In this document: piece by piece, positions 10,148 to 19,026 of the stretch
How positions within the stretch are numbered: the first letter of the stretch is position 1
How the letters are laid out: every line of letters starts with the position of its first letter
Assembly (NCBI GenBank): GCA_964411885.1
Contig: CAYPMK010000001.1
Location: 13,953 to 65,165, forward strand
Direction of reading: 5' to 3'
Origin: an uncultured Bdellovibrionales bacterium
GTDB taxonomy: Bacteria; Bdellovibrionota; JAFGOL01
DNA: 51,213 nt
The notes under the pieces: model-generated
What the model saw: the letters and a program-made list of their open reading frames with translations, nothing else
Databases searched by the model: none
What the model was told of the DNA's origin: nothing
Translations under genes and position numbers: made by a program

Positions 10148-10810
10148 ATGACTTTTAATTTTAAAAGTACTTCCAAGTATAAATATTATTTTGACGAGAA
10201 GTTTTCTAAACACATGATAATAAAGCCTTTTCTTCATAAAAACAGGGTTTTTATAGCTAGTATATCTGCTATTGTATTTATGGTTTTTTCTTTATCTTTC
10301 TTTAGTATCAGAACCTATGAAATTCATGAATTGAACCAGCTTAAGGGATTTATAGCTGATTTTATGGAAGTAAAAGGAATGAAAAAACTTAATGATCATG
10401 AGATTGCTACTCTTGCGAAAGAAGTAAGACGTGCTGCTACACGATATGATATAGATCCGATGCTCTTAATATCTGTAATAACTGTGGAATCTTCTTTTGA
10501 TAAACATGCAAGATCTCCGATGGGCGCAAGGGGATTGATGCAATTAATGCCTGCAACAGCAAAAACCTTATGTATGGAAATGGGTCTGCCTTATAACGAT
10601 AAGGTTTTTACGGACATTGGCACGAATGTACATATAGGTACATATTATTTGTCGAAACTTTCATCCAAATATAATAATAATATGCAACTTTATTTGGCTG
10701 CATATAACAGGGGCCCTGCTCAGGTTGACCGTATGTTGAAGGAGAAGAACAGCATTCCCAAATCTTACTATTCCAAGATAGTAAAGACCTATCAAAAGCT
10801 GTCCTTATAA
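10148..10810 (+). CDS. Membrane-anchored lytic transglycosylase (SLT domain)
   Basis: 220 aa with an N-terminal TM. Catalytic box 'VESSFDKHARSPMGARGLMQLMPATA' and 'AAYNRGP'. SD 'AGAGGGG' lies upstream of the ATG. Confidence 0.85.
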   Translation: MTFNFKSTSKYKYYFDEKFSKHMIIKPFLHKNRVFIASISAIVFMVFSLSFFSIRTYEIHELNQLKGFIADFMEVKGMKKLNDHEIATLAKEVRRAATRYDIDPMLLISVITVESSFDKHARSPMGARGLMQLMPATAKTLCMEMGLPYNDKVFTDIGTNVHIGTYYLSKLSSKYNNNMQLYLAAYNRGPAQVDRMLKEKNSIPKSYYSKIVKTYQKLSL

Positions 10811-10817
10811 ATAAACT

Positions 10818-11174
10818 ATGTATGAAGTAAGGGTTCTTAGTAGATTTAGCTCCGCCCATAATCTAAGGAACTATAAAGGCAAGTGTGAAAATCTTCATGG
10901 ACACACGTGGAAAGTAGAGCTTTGTCTTACCGGTGACAAGCTTAACAGTGATGGCTTTTTGTGTGACTTTGTAGAACTTAAAAAAGAATTAAATACTTTG
11001 CTAGATAGATATGATCATAAATACATCAACGAGGTAAAGCCTTTTGATACATTGAATCCAACTGCAGAAAATTTAGCCCGAGTAATATATGATGAGCTAA
11101 AACAAAAATTCAGCGGTTTACTTGAAGTGACCGTATGGGAGTCAGATGATGCACGGGCTGTTTACAAAGCCTGA
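10818..11174 (+). CDS. queD: 6-carboxy-5,6,7,8-tetrahydropterin synthase
   Basis: 118 aa. 'GKCENLHGHTWKVE' (Cys plus the HxH zinc site). Size and the C-terminal 'VWES' are typical of QueD. Confidence 0.88.
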   Translation: MYEVRVLSRFSSAHNLRNYKGKCENLHGHTWKVELCLTGDKLNSDGFLCDFVELKKELNTLLDRYDHKYINEVKPFDTLNPTAENLARVIYDELKQKFSGLLEVTVWESDDARAVYKA

Positions 11175-11862
11175 GCCTTTAAAAGCTTTGGTGCTTTGTT
11201 CTTCCGGACTGGATTCGGTATACAATTTGTTGTTGGCTAAAAAAAGATACAATAAAGTATCTGTACTTTTTTTCGATTATGGACAAAAAGCTGCACCACA
11301 TGAATATGTAAGAGTTAAAAAGATTTGTTCAATGCTTTCTTTGGAACTTATAAGGATAGATCTTCCTTGGTATAGGGGGCTTTCTTCTACCTTACTAGAT
11401 TACTCAAGGAAAGTTACGGAGTACAAAGACAAAACCCATGCAGACAAGGACGATAAAATTAATGAGTGGGTTCCAAACAGAAACGGTGTCTTTGTTAATG
11501 TTGCTGCCGCTGTAGCTGAGTCAGACCATTATCATGTAATTGTTATAGGTATAAACAAGGAAGAAGCCCTTAGGTATCCAGATAATAGTGTTAACTTTAT
11601 ACAAGGGAGTGAGGAACTATTCAAGTTATCAACACTTAGTCATCCAAAATTACATTCCTTTTCTGCAGAATTAGATAAGAAAAGCATATTAAAAGACCTA
11701 TATCCTCTCATGAAGGAGTATAATCTACCTATACAACTTATTTGGAGTTGTTACGAAAGTTTCGAAAAAATGTGTGGAACCTGTGAATCTTGTGTTAGGC
11801 TTAAGGGAGCACTTAAAGACAACGGGATGGAGAGTGAATGGAAAGGTCTTTTCTTGAAATAA
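11146..11862 (+). CDS. queC: 7-cyano-7-deazaguanine (preQ0) synthase
   Basis: 238 aa. PP-loop 'LCSSGLDS', 'WVPNRN', and zinc ligands 'WSCY' plus 'CGTCESCVRLKGA'. The annotated ATG overlaps queD by 29 nt, and the true start could be slightly downstream. Confidence 0.88.
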   Translation: MMHGLFTKPEPLKALVLCSSGLDSVYNLLLAKKRYNKVSVLFFDYGQKAAPHEYVRVKKICSMLSLELIRIDLPWYRGLSSTLLDYSRKVTEYKDKTHADKDDKINEWVPNRNGVFVNVAAAVAESDHYHVIVIGINKEEALRYPDNSVNFIQGSEELFKLSTLSHPKLHSFSAELDKKSILKDLYPLMKEYNLPIQLIWSCYESFEKMCGTCESCVRLKGALKDNGMESEWKGLFLK

Positions 11863-12410
11863 GGCAATTCAATGAAGATATAAATTACGACGGTAGCCAA
11901 TTAAGTCCACATTGGATATATAAGAACACTGGTGTTATGGGAGACGCTGTAGCTTCTTTCGTTGGATCTTGTGATATCCCATATTCAAACATGGTAGACT
12001 TAGAGGACGTTTTGGCTAAAGAACAGATTTGTTCGTCTAGGATGCTGCATTTCATAACAGAGATATTCGGAAAGGATTGTTTGTTTGGTTCTACTCTACT
12101 AAGTGTATTTGTTTCTGAAATACAGAATGAGTTACTTAGTAAAGGTATTAATGTAACAAAAAAAGGCGATGATCTTTTTATAAAGGACGGCAAACTTTCT
12201 ATAGCAATAGCTACGGCAACTCCAGTTTCTACTCTTATGCATATTGGTATTAATGTCACAACAAAAGGGACTCCTGTAAAAACAGCTTCTTTAGAGGAAT
12301 ATAAAATAGATCCAATTCAGTTTTCTCAGTCAGTGCTTGAAAGGTTCAATAAGGAATATAGTAGGATAATACTTGCCGCGTGCAAAGTTGTACCTAGGGG
12401 GAAGGTATGA
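11838..12410 (+). CDS. Uncharacterised conserved protein, DUF366-like, translationally coupled to queC
   Basis: 190 aa, overlapping queC by 25 nt and the next gene by 4 nt. 'YDGSQLSPHWIY...GVMGDAVASFVG...MVDLEDV...ICSSRMLHFITEIF' matches my memory of the DUF366 family. Not verified. Confidence 0.45.
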   Translation: MERSFLEIRQFNEDINYDGSQLSPHWIYKNTGVMGDAVASFVGSCDIPYSNMVDLEDVLAKEQICSSRMLHFITEIFGKDCLFGSTLLSVFVSEIQNELLSKGINVTKKGDDLFIKDGKLSIAIATATPVSTLMHIGINVTTKGTPVKTASLEEYKIDPIQFSQSVLERFNKEYSRIILAACKVVPRGKV

Positions 12411-13762
12411 AAAGAAAAACGTTCGTTCTGGATACCAATGTTCTGTTGTTCGATCCTCTTGCAATGCTCAAGTTTGGGGCCAACGATATCGTTATCCCTA
12501 TAACTGTAATAGAGGAAATAGATAAATTTAAAAAAGACCTTACAGAAAATGGAAGAAATGCTAGGCAGATATCTCGTTTTATTGACGAAATGAGAAGTAA
12601 AGGCAACCTTATGGAAGGTGTTTCTTTAGATAATAAAGGAACCCTTTATATTGATATTCCAGACGATAAGAATGTTGGTCTTCCTGCTGTGTTCGATAAC
12701 AACAAAGCTGATAACGCCATACTATCAACAGCGATGAAGCACAAAAAAATAGACAGCAGAAGAACGGTTATCTTTGTAACTAAAGATACAAATTTAAGGA
12801 TAAAAGCAGATCTTTTGGGTCTTAAAGCCGTAGATTATGAACCGGGAGATCAAAAAGTAGACGAACTATATTCTGGTATCCGCTACATAGAATGTATGAA
12901 AAAGGATATCGATACTTTTTATAAGGAAAAGAAAATAGGTCTTGATGGACTTAAGAACACAGCGGGTATACTTCCTAATGAATATGTAATATTAAGAGAC
13001 GTTGCAGATAGATCACATACAGCATTGGGAAGGTATGATCTAAATACAGCGATGGTAGTTCCTTTGTTCAGGGGTGCTTTAGAGGGTGTGTGGGGTATCA
13101 CTCCAAAGAACGTGGAACAGATTTTTGCACTAGACATGTTGTTAAACGACGACATCAGACTAGTAAGTATTATAGGCAAGGCTGGTACTGGTAAGACCTT
13201 GTTAGCTCTTGCGGCAGGTCTTTCAATGACCATTGACGACGGAACTTACACAAGACTATTGGTATCTAGACCGGTGTTCCCTCTTGGTAAAGATATAGGT
13301 TATCTGCCAGGAGACATAGAGGAAAAACTTAATCCATGGATGGCTCCGATATTTGATAATCTTGAATATATATTAGGTTCTGGTGAATCTAATGCACAAG
13401 GTGGTAAGAAAAGACCCGGAGGAGCAAGAAAGTGGCAGGAGCTGATCAATCAGGGTATGTTGAACATAGAACCACTTACTTATATAAGGGGCAGAAGTAT
13501 AGCTAATCAGTATCTTATAGTTGATGAAGCTCAAAACCTTACTCCACATGAGATAAAGACTATTCTTACAAGAGCTGGTAATTACACGAAAATAGTGCTT
13601 ACAGGAGACTGTTTCCAGATAGATAATCCATACATTGATTCGTCTAGCAATGGTCTGAGTTATGTTGTAGAAAGGTTTAAGGACCAAAAGATAGCTGGGC
13701 ACGTAACACTTGTGAAGGGTGAACGTTCTGAACTTGCGGAGCTTTCAGCTAATCTACTTTAA
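12407..13762 (+). CDS. PIN-domain / PhoH-like ATPase fusion (PhoH2 / YlaK type)
   Basis: 451 aa. N-terminal PIN 'FVLDTNVLL', Walker A 'GKAGTGKTLLA', Walker B 'LIVDEAQN', 'TGDCFQID'. Confidence 0.88.
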   Translation: MKRKTFVLDTNVLLFDPLAMLKFGANDIVIPITVIEEIDKFKKDLTENGRNARQISRFIDEMRSKGNLMEGVSLDNKGTLYIDIPDDKNVGLPAVFDNNKADNAILSTAMKHKKIDSRRTVIFVTKDTNLRIKADLLGLKAVDYEPGDQKVDELYSGIRYIECMKKDIDTFYKEKKIGLDGLKNTAGILPNEYVILRDVADRSHTALGRYDLNTAMVVPLFRGALEGVWGITPKNVEQIFALDMLLNDDIRLVSIIGKAGTGKTLLALAAGLSMTIDDGTYTRLLVSRPVFPLGKDIGYLPGDIEEKLNPWMAPIFDNLEYILGSGESNAQGGKKRPGGARKWQELINQGMLNIEPLTYIRGRSIANQYLIVDEAQNLTPHEIKTILTRAGNYTKIVLTGDCFQIDNPYIDSSSNGLSYVVERFKDQKIAGHVTLVKGERSELAELSANLL

Positions 13763-13781
13763 ATTAGTGGAGGGTATCCCA

Positions 13782-14327
13782 ATGTTTGGCCGTTTTGGTG
13801 TTAGCGATAGTCTTATAAACAGAAGAAGACATGCAAGAGCACCTTTGAATTCAAAAGTTATTCTTGTGTCTACTTCAACGGATGGTGTGCCCAAAGTTTA
13901 CTATGCAAGGGATGTATCTGTTTCTGGTCTTTTTATAGAGACTGTTGATTTTTTGAAAGTTGGTGCATCAGTTAGGTGTTTATTCCCTGTAGTAGGGACA
14001 GATAAAACAGTACAGGCAAGAGGAAAAGTGGTAAGAGTTGTTGAGCCTGTTTCTGACGACGATTATGTTAGTCCAGGAATAGGAGTAGAGTTTGAGGACA
14101 CACCTTTTGAGAGCTCCATATTACTTGAGAACTACGTGGTTAATATAAAATATGTTTATGAGGAACTCTTGTTGTTAATAACAATGAAGAGTCCAGACGT
14201 AGATAGAATAATGTATCTTGTTAAGAAGGCTAACATAGGAGAGTACAGAGACTTCTTTGATCTAAAAGAAAAGATAAAGAAAGTTGCATTTTCTTTAGGA
14301 ATATTAAAGGACGGACTAAGTTTATAA
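13782..14327 (+). CDS. PilZ domain protein (putative c-di-GMP receptor)
   Basis: 'RRRHARAP' (RxxxR) and 'DVSVSGLFI' (DxSxxG). I prefer the ATG at 13782, preceded by SD 'GTGGAGGG', over the tracked start at 13719, which overlaps phoH2. Confidence 0.75.
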   Translation: MFGRFGVSDSLINRRRHARAPLNSKVILVSTSTDGVPKVYYARDVSVSGLFIETVDFLKVGASVRCLFPVVGTDKTVQARGKVVRVVEPVSDDDYVSPGIGVEFEDTPFESSILLENYVVNIKYVYEELLLLITMKSPDVDRIMYLVKKANIGEYRDFFDLKEKIKKVAFSLGILKDGLSL

Positions 14328-14337
14328 AGGGGTTTAA

Positions 14338-15177
14338 GTGATGGGACACATAATAGTGAATGAAGCAGAACAGATAATGGATAAACAAATAAAGGTGCTT
14401 GATAAGGGCTTTGTCAGGCTCGTAGATTATTACGGTAATGATTCAAGAATAGTACAATCTGCAAGGGTCTCTTATGGAGAAGGTACAAAGACCGTAAGAG
14501 AAGACAAGATGCTGATAGATTATCTTTGGATGAATGAACACACTTCACCTTTTGAACAAGTGGTTTTTACTTTTCATTGTAAGCTTCCAATATTTGTAGC
14601 GAGGCAATGGATTCGTCATAGAACAGCTAGAGTGAACGAAGTTTCTGGAAGATATTCTGTAATGAAAGAGGAGTTCTATACTCCTTCAGAAGACATGATA
14701 TCTTTTCAAAGCAAAGACAACAAACAAGGTAGATCAAAAGACGAAGTACCTGCTGAATTAAAACAGAAGGTTCTTGATATAATAAAAGAGCTTAATAACG
14801 ATTCATATAAAAGTTATACAGAAATGGTAGAACATGGAATAGCCAGAGAACTAGCAAGGGTATGTTTACCTTTAAACCTTTATACAGAGTGGTATTGGCA
14901 GATAGATCTAAAGAATCTTTTACATTTTCTAAGATTAAGATTAGACGACCATGCACAATATGAAATACGTGAATATGCAAAAGCCATGGCAGAGATAGTA
15001 AAGAAAGTTTGTCCATATACATGGGAATCATTTGAAGAACATACTCTTTATTCTACAAAATTATCTAGGACGGAATCAAATTTACTTAAAGATCTTTTTT
15101 CTGGCAAAGAGGTGGATAAGAGTAAAACTTGTTTTAAATCACTAGCAAAAAAATTGCCATTCGTAGTAGAAAAGTAG
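14338..15177 (+). CDS. thyX: FAD-dependent thymidylate synthase
   Basis: 279 aa with the ThyX motif 'RHRTARVNEVSGRY'. GTG at 14338 or ATG at 14341. Confidence 0.92.
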   Translation: MMGHIIVNEAEQIMDKQIKVLDKGFVRLVDYYGNDSRIVQSARVSYGEGTKTVREDKMLIDYLWMNEHTSPFEQVVFTFHCKLPIFVARQWIRHRTARVNEVSGRYSVMKEEFYTPSEDMISFQSKDNKQGRSKDEVPAELKQKVLDIIKELNNDSYKSYTEMVEHGIARELARVCLPLNLYTEWYWQIDLKNLLHFLRLRLDDHAQYEIREYAKAMAEIVKKVCPYTWESFEEHTLYSTKLSRTESNLLKDLFSGKEVDKSKTCFKSLAKKLPFVVEK

Positions 15178-15187
15178 AGATCTAAAA

Positions 15188-16411
15188 ATGTATAGCCGTT
15201 TCATAGAGGCTGGAATACCATTAAATAGAATTGAACTATCTTTGTCTGAGGCGTCTTACAGTTCTTTTATATCTGCCCTTGCTTCTTACAAAGATGGAGT
15301 TGATATAAATTCGACTTATCGTCCATATGATGTTGGAATAATAGGGCCGGGTGATTTTGGTGTAGCCCTTTCTGCTTCTTTGAGACCAGAACTAAATATA
15401 TTATTCTATGATGTAGAATCTGTAAGAAACATATTTAGCTCTGTTACTAGGATAAGCACCAATAGGAGTTTTATTCATCATTTTGAGGCTAATATTGATT
15501 TTACACATGAACTAAAAAAAGTATTAGAAGCCAGATATATAATACTCAGTGTTCCTGCTAACGTTATTCCTTCTATGATAGATAAGATAAAGCTATGTAT
15601 TCCCGATTCTTATAAAAATAAACAATATGTTTTAGTCTCTAAAGGTTTTATAGGAAAAGGATATATTCCTCACAGATGGCTTGAAAAGAATGGAATACCT
15701 TTTGATAATATAATATGGGCTAGTGGTGGTAACGTCGCTAAAGAAGTGATAGAAAAGAAAAGATTTAAGATATCTGTGGTTTCCATAAATAAGAATAAAA
15801 AAACTAGACGTGAATTCGCCTCCTTTTTTAATAAAGAATATCTTACACCTCTTGAATATAGCGGATCTGCACTTCTTGCTTGTGAGTTAGGAGGAATACT
15901 AAAAAATTATTATGCTGGTTTAGGCAGATATATACTTTCAAAATATGGTGAGGATGTTTTTAAGAAATATAAATATATGGCTAGATCTGAATTCAGAAAA
16001 TCTGTAAGGATGGTTTCTAGTTCTCCCACAGTCTCTATAAGAGCATGGGTCATAAGAAAAGCTAGTCATGGCCCTGCCTTTTGGGAAGATCTTGATGTAA
16101 CAGTAAGGGATGGAAGAAATGGCTTCTTTGGTGAAGCTGTTTTTTCTGGTTCAAGTGTTACAAAAGCTCTAAATGAACTTGGACTTGTAGAGTCATTTAA
16201 AACAGTGTTCTCCACGCTATCTTTATTTAACAGATTAAGTAGGAACAGGTTTAAAAAATTAAAAATACTAAAATCAATATTGGATATATATGAAGAGCTT
16301 CACATAGAATATCTTGAATGTGGAGACGCTTTTATTTCTGAAGAATCAAAAGATCTAATAACTAAATTAGAGAGGAAGATACTGCTCTATAAACCATATT
16401 GGTTTTTTTGA
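15188..16411 (+). CDS. Divergent NAD(P)-dependent glycerol-3-phosphate dehydrogenase (GpsA)-like protein with an N-terminal extension
   Basis: 407 aa. Co-linear with GpsA landmarks: 'IIGPGDFGVALS' (GxGxxG), 'IILSVPANVI', 'VLVSKGF', 'ASGGNVAKEV', 'ELGGILKNYYAGLG'. About 45 extra N-terminal residues and a divergent C-terminus. Confidence 0.45.
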   Translation: MYSRFIEAGIPLNRIELSLSEASYSSFISALASYKDGVDINSTYRPYDVGIIGPGDFGVALSASLRPELNILFYDVESVRNIFSSVTRISTNRSFIHHFEANIDFTHELKKVLEARYIILSVPANVIPSMIDKIKLCIPDSYKNKQYVLVSKGFIGKGYIPHRWLEKNGIPFDNIIWASGGNVAKEVIEKKRFKISVVSINKNKKTRREFASFFNKEYLTPLEYSGSALLACELGGILKNYYAGLGRYILSKYGEDVFKKYKYMARSEFRKSVRMVSSSPTVSIRAWVIRKASHGPAFWEDLDVTVRDGRNGFFGEAVFSGSSVTKALNELGLVESFKTVFSTLSLFNRLSRNRFKKLKILKSILDIYEELHIEYLECGDAFISEESKDLITKLERKILLYKPYWFF

Positions 16412-16492
16412 TATCACAAATAATTCACAAAACTTTAAGAAGAGTTTCACTTACTTCATGTATTATTCCTCTTATATAGGGAGGATACTTGA

Positions 16493-16921
16493 ATGAAAAT
16501 AATGTTAATGATGTTGTTGTTTGTGCCTACAATTCTTTTAGCAGATAACGATCCAGAAGCTAATAATGAGGCTATAGCTAGAAAAAGTAATATTCTTGTT
16601 GGTTTGATAGGAGAAGAACTTATCGCAAGATATGGAGAAGATCTTGTAGATAATATGTTGGAAGGAAAAGATAAAAACGTAAAAAAAATAATATCCAATA
16701 TAGAAGATAACGAGCTTAATAATTTGGATTGTTTTACCATAACAGATTATTTTGGCGAACCGGATAACAAATATAAACCAAATAGAGATCTTGATATGGA
16801 ACTCATGAGAGATATTCTTTTGAACTGTGAAGAGATAATGCTTTTTTTAGAACCCTTCGGTGGTGTTTCTGATGTATCAATGAAATATTTTCTAAGCAAT
16901 TCCGTCCTTAGATATAGTTGA
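16493..16921 (+). CDS. Hypothetical exported protein
   Basis: 142 aa. Signal peptide 'MKIMLMMLLFVPTILLA', SD 'GGGAGGA'. No family recognised. Confidence 0.5.
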   Translation: MKIMLMMLLFVPTILLADNDPEANNEAIARKSNILVGLIGEELIARYGEDLVDNMLEGKDKNVKKIISNIEDNELNNLDCFTITDYFGEPDNKYKPNRDLDMELMRDILLNCEEIMLFLEPFGGVSDVSMKYFLSNSVLRYS

Positions 16922-16971
16922 CTTTAGTTATATTGGGTTTAGTATTTTCATCATAATAGGAGGGACTATAG

Positions 16972-17160
16972 ATGAAAACTATTATCAAGATCTGTGCTAT
17001 TTTAACCATCGTTGGTGGTTTGAATTGGGGATTGGTAGGACTTTTTAATTTTGATCTTGTTGCATTTCTATTTGGATACATGTCTGTTTTTTCAAGATTA
17101 ATTTACAGCTTGGTAGGTATTTCTGCCCTTATTTATCTTTTCCGTGCATTCAAAGCTTAG
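16972..17160 (+). CDS. DUF378 family small membrane protein
   Basis: 62 aa with two TM segments. 'VGGLNWGLVGLFNFDLVAFLFG...SRLIYSLVGISAL' is the DUF378 signature. Confidence 0.8.
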   Translation: MKTIIKICAILTIVGGLNWGLVGLFNFDLVAFLFGYMSVFSRLIYSLVGISALIYLFRAFKA

Positions 17161-17166
17161 TTTTTT

Positions 17167-17196
17167 AGTGGGCAGGCTAAAATTAGCCTGCCCACT
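17167..17196 (+). terminator. Perfect 13-bp stem hairpin downstream of the DUF378 gene
   Basis: AGTGGGCAGGCTA-aaat-TAGCCTGCCCACT. The T6 run lies 5' of the stem rather than 3', so it is atypical for an intrinsic terminator. Confidence 0.5.
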
Positions 17197-17312
17197 TATA
17201 TCTTTCATACAAACAGTATAAATATCTGAACATTATTTTAAATAATCTCTTTATCAAAGGCAGGTCATGTTCTTGCTTCTTATGCTCATATATTTTTTTG
17301 GAGGTATAGAAC

Positions 17313-17657
17313 ATGAATTCTACTAACAAAGTGGTGCTTGTAGGTCATCTTGGTGCTGATCCAAGATGTGTGTCAACAAGTACAGGAAGGAAAGTCGCTA
17401 ATTTTAGTATTGCAACCAACGATTTCATTAAATCTGGAGATGGAGAAAAGATCAAAAGAACTGATTGGCACAAAGTCGTTGTTTGGGGCAAAACAGCAGA
17501 TGCATGTGAAAAGTTGCTAAAGAAAGGATCGATGGTATTGGTTGAGGGCAAGATCCGGAACATAATAAATGAAGAATCAAAAGTACCCAGTTATGAAATA
17601 TACGCGAGTAATGTTTCTTTTATTTCTAATTGGGGCAAAAAAGAAGAGCAACAATGA
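17313..17657 (+). CDS. ssb: Single-stranded DNA-binding protein, OB fold only (no acidic tail)
   Basis: 114 aa. 'NKVVLVGHLGADPR...GRKVANFSIATN...RTDWHKVVVWGKTA...LKKGSMVLVEGKIR'. Ends '...NWGKKEEQQ'. Confidence 0.85.
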   Translation: MNSTNKVVLVGHLGADPRCVSTSTGRKVANFSIATNDFIKSGDGEKIKRTDWHKVVVWGKTADACEKLLKKGSMVLVEGKIRNIINEESKVPSYEIYASNVSFISNWGKKEEQQ

Positions 17658-17662
17658 ATGAT

Positions 17663-17698
17663 AAAAAAGGGGGATACATTTTTGTGTCCCCCTTTTTT
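17663..17698. terminator. Bidirectional rho-independent terminator between convergent ssb and the COG2403 gene
   Basis: A6-GGGGGATAC-attttt-GTGTCCCCC-T6. Nine-bp stem including one G-U pair, with an A tract on one side and a T tract on the other. Confidence 0.8.
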
Positions 17699-17709
17699 AT
17701 CTATCTCTT

Positions 17710-19026
17710 TTATATGAATTTTTTCTGTTTAAGTATGCTCTTTAAACAAGGTTGTCCTATTTCCTGTAGTTCATATCCAACACGAACGTTAGGTTTCTTT
17801 ATCTTGATTAGTCTACCTAAGTCTATCGGTGTGGCTATTATAACAAAATCTACTTTTGCTTTAGCTATGGTCTTTTCCAGATCTTTTATTTGCTTTTTAC
17901 CATACCCCATTGCAGGAAGTATAGGACCTATGTTTGGGTATTTTTTGAAAGTCTGGTCTATTTCGCCTACAACAAAAGGTCTTGGATCAACTATTTCTGC
18001 GGCTCCAAATTTTTGTGCTGCAACGAACCCAGCACCATACTGCATTTCTCCATGTGTCAAGGTTGGGCCATCTTCAACGACTAATACTTTTTTGCCTCTT
18101 ATTGATTCTCCGCCTTTTACAAATATAGGAGAAGCTGCTTCTACTATAGTAGCTGTAGGATTAACACAACTTACGTTCTGTCTTACTATCTCTATGTCTT
18201 CAAGATTAGCTGTATCTATTTTATTTATTACAACAACATGAGCTCTTCTTATGTTTGTTTCTCCAGGATGATACATTACTTCATGACCGGGTCTGTGTGG
18301 ATCTGCAACTACTATCTCTAGGTCTGATGCGTAGAAAGGTATATCGTTGTTCCCCCCATCCCAAAGAATAACATCTGCTTCTTTTTCTGCTTCTCTGAGT
18401 ATGGCCTCGTAGTCAACACCAGCGTAAACTACAACGCCTCTTGTGATATGTGGCTCGTATTCTTCCATTTCTTCTATTGTACATTTATGTTTTTTAAGGT
18501 CTTGTATACTGCTGAACCTTTGAACTTTTTGTTTTGCAAGATCTCCGTATGGCATTGGGTGCCTAATCGCTACAACTTTTTTGCCTGCTTCTATTAATAT
18601 CTCTGATACTCTTCTGGTCGTCTGACTTTTTCCACATCCTGTTCTTGTTGCACATATTGATATTACTGGTTTTGTGCTTTTTACCATGGTTGTTTTTGGA
18701 CCCATTAATCTAAAATCTGGTCCCATTGACATCACCCATGATCCTTTAGCCATTACTCTGTCGTGAGGAATATCGCTATAGGCAAAAACGACTTCGTCAG
18801 GGTTATATTTTTTTATCAACTGAGGTAGTTCTTCTTCTGCATGTATTGGAATCCCTTTTGGATAATTTGATCCACAAAGTTCTGCAGGATATTTCCTTCC
18901 TTCTATGTCTGGGATCTGAGTTGCTGTAAAAGCTACTACTTCATAATTAGGATTGTTCCTGTAATAAACATTGAAATTGTGGAAGTCCCTTCCAGCTGCG
19001 CCCATAATGATCACTTTCTTCTTCAT
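17710..19026 (-). CDS. COG2403-type P-loop protein (cyclic 2,3-diphosphoglycerate synthetase-like / predicted GTPase)
   Basis: 438 aa. 'IIMGAAGRDFHNFN...YEVVAFTATQIP' and P-loop 'ATRTGCGKSQTT'. Family assigned from memory. The ATG overlaps the PAP2 stop (ATGA). Confidence 0.6.
   Translation of the reverse strand: MKKKVIIMGAAGRDFHNFNVYYRNNPNYEVVAFTATQIPDIEGRKYPAELCGSNYPKGIPIHAEEELPQLIKKYNPDEVVFAYSDIPHDRVMAKGSWVMSMGPDFRLMGPKTTMVKSTKPVISICATRTGCGKSQTTRRVSEILIEAGKKVVAIRHPMPYGDLAKQKVQRFSSIQDLKKHKCTIEEMEEYEPHITRGVVVYAGVDYEAILREAEKEADVILWDGGNNDIPFYASDLEIVVADPHRPGHEVMYHPGETNIRRAHVVVINKIDTANLEDIEIVRQNVSCVNPTATIVEAASPIFVKGGESIRGKKVLVVEDGPTLTHGEMQYGAGFVAAQKFGAAEIVDPRPFVVGEIDQTFKKYPNIGPILPAMGYGKKQIKDLEKTIAKAKVDFVIIATPIDLGRLIKIKKPNVRVGYELQEIGQPCLKSILKQKKFI

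Noticed and set aside
10811-10817. A preQ1 riboswitch upstream of queD-queC.
   Set aside because: Only 7 nt separate queD from the preceding SLT gene, so there is no room for any leader RNA.
11146-11862. QueC as the QueC-like component of a defence or DNA-modification system (Qat- or Dpd-type).
   Set aside because: It is coupled to queD. It has the canonical PP-loop and zinc site and is of normal size. No associated ATPase, TatD-type nuclease, DpdA-like transglycosylase or helicase genes are present.
12407-13762. The PIN-PhoH protein as a toxin-antitoxin or abortive-infection module.
   Set aside because: There is no small antitoxin-like partner, and the fused PIN-PhoH architecture is a widespread chromosomal housekeeping-type gene.
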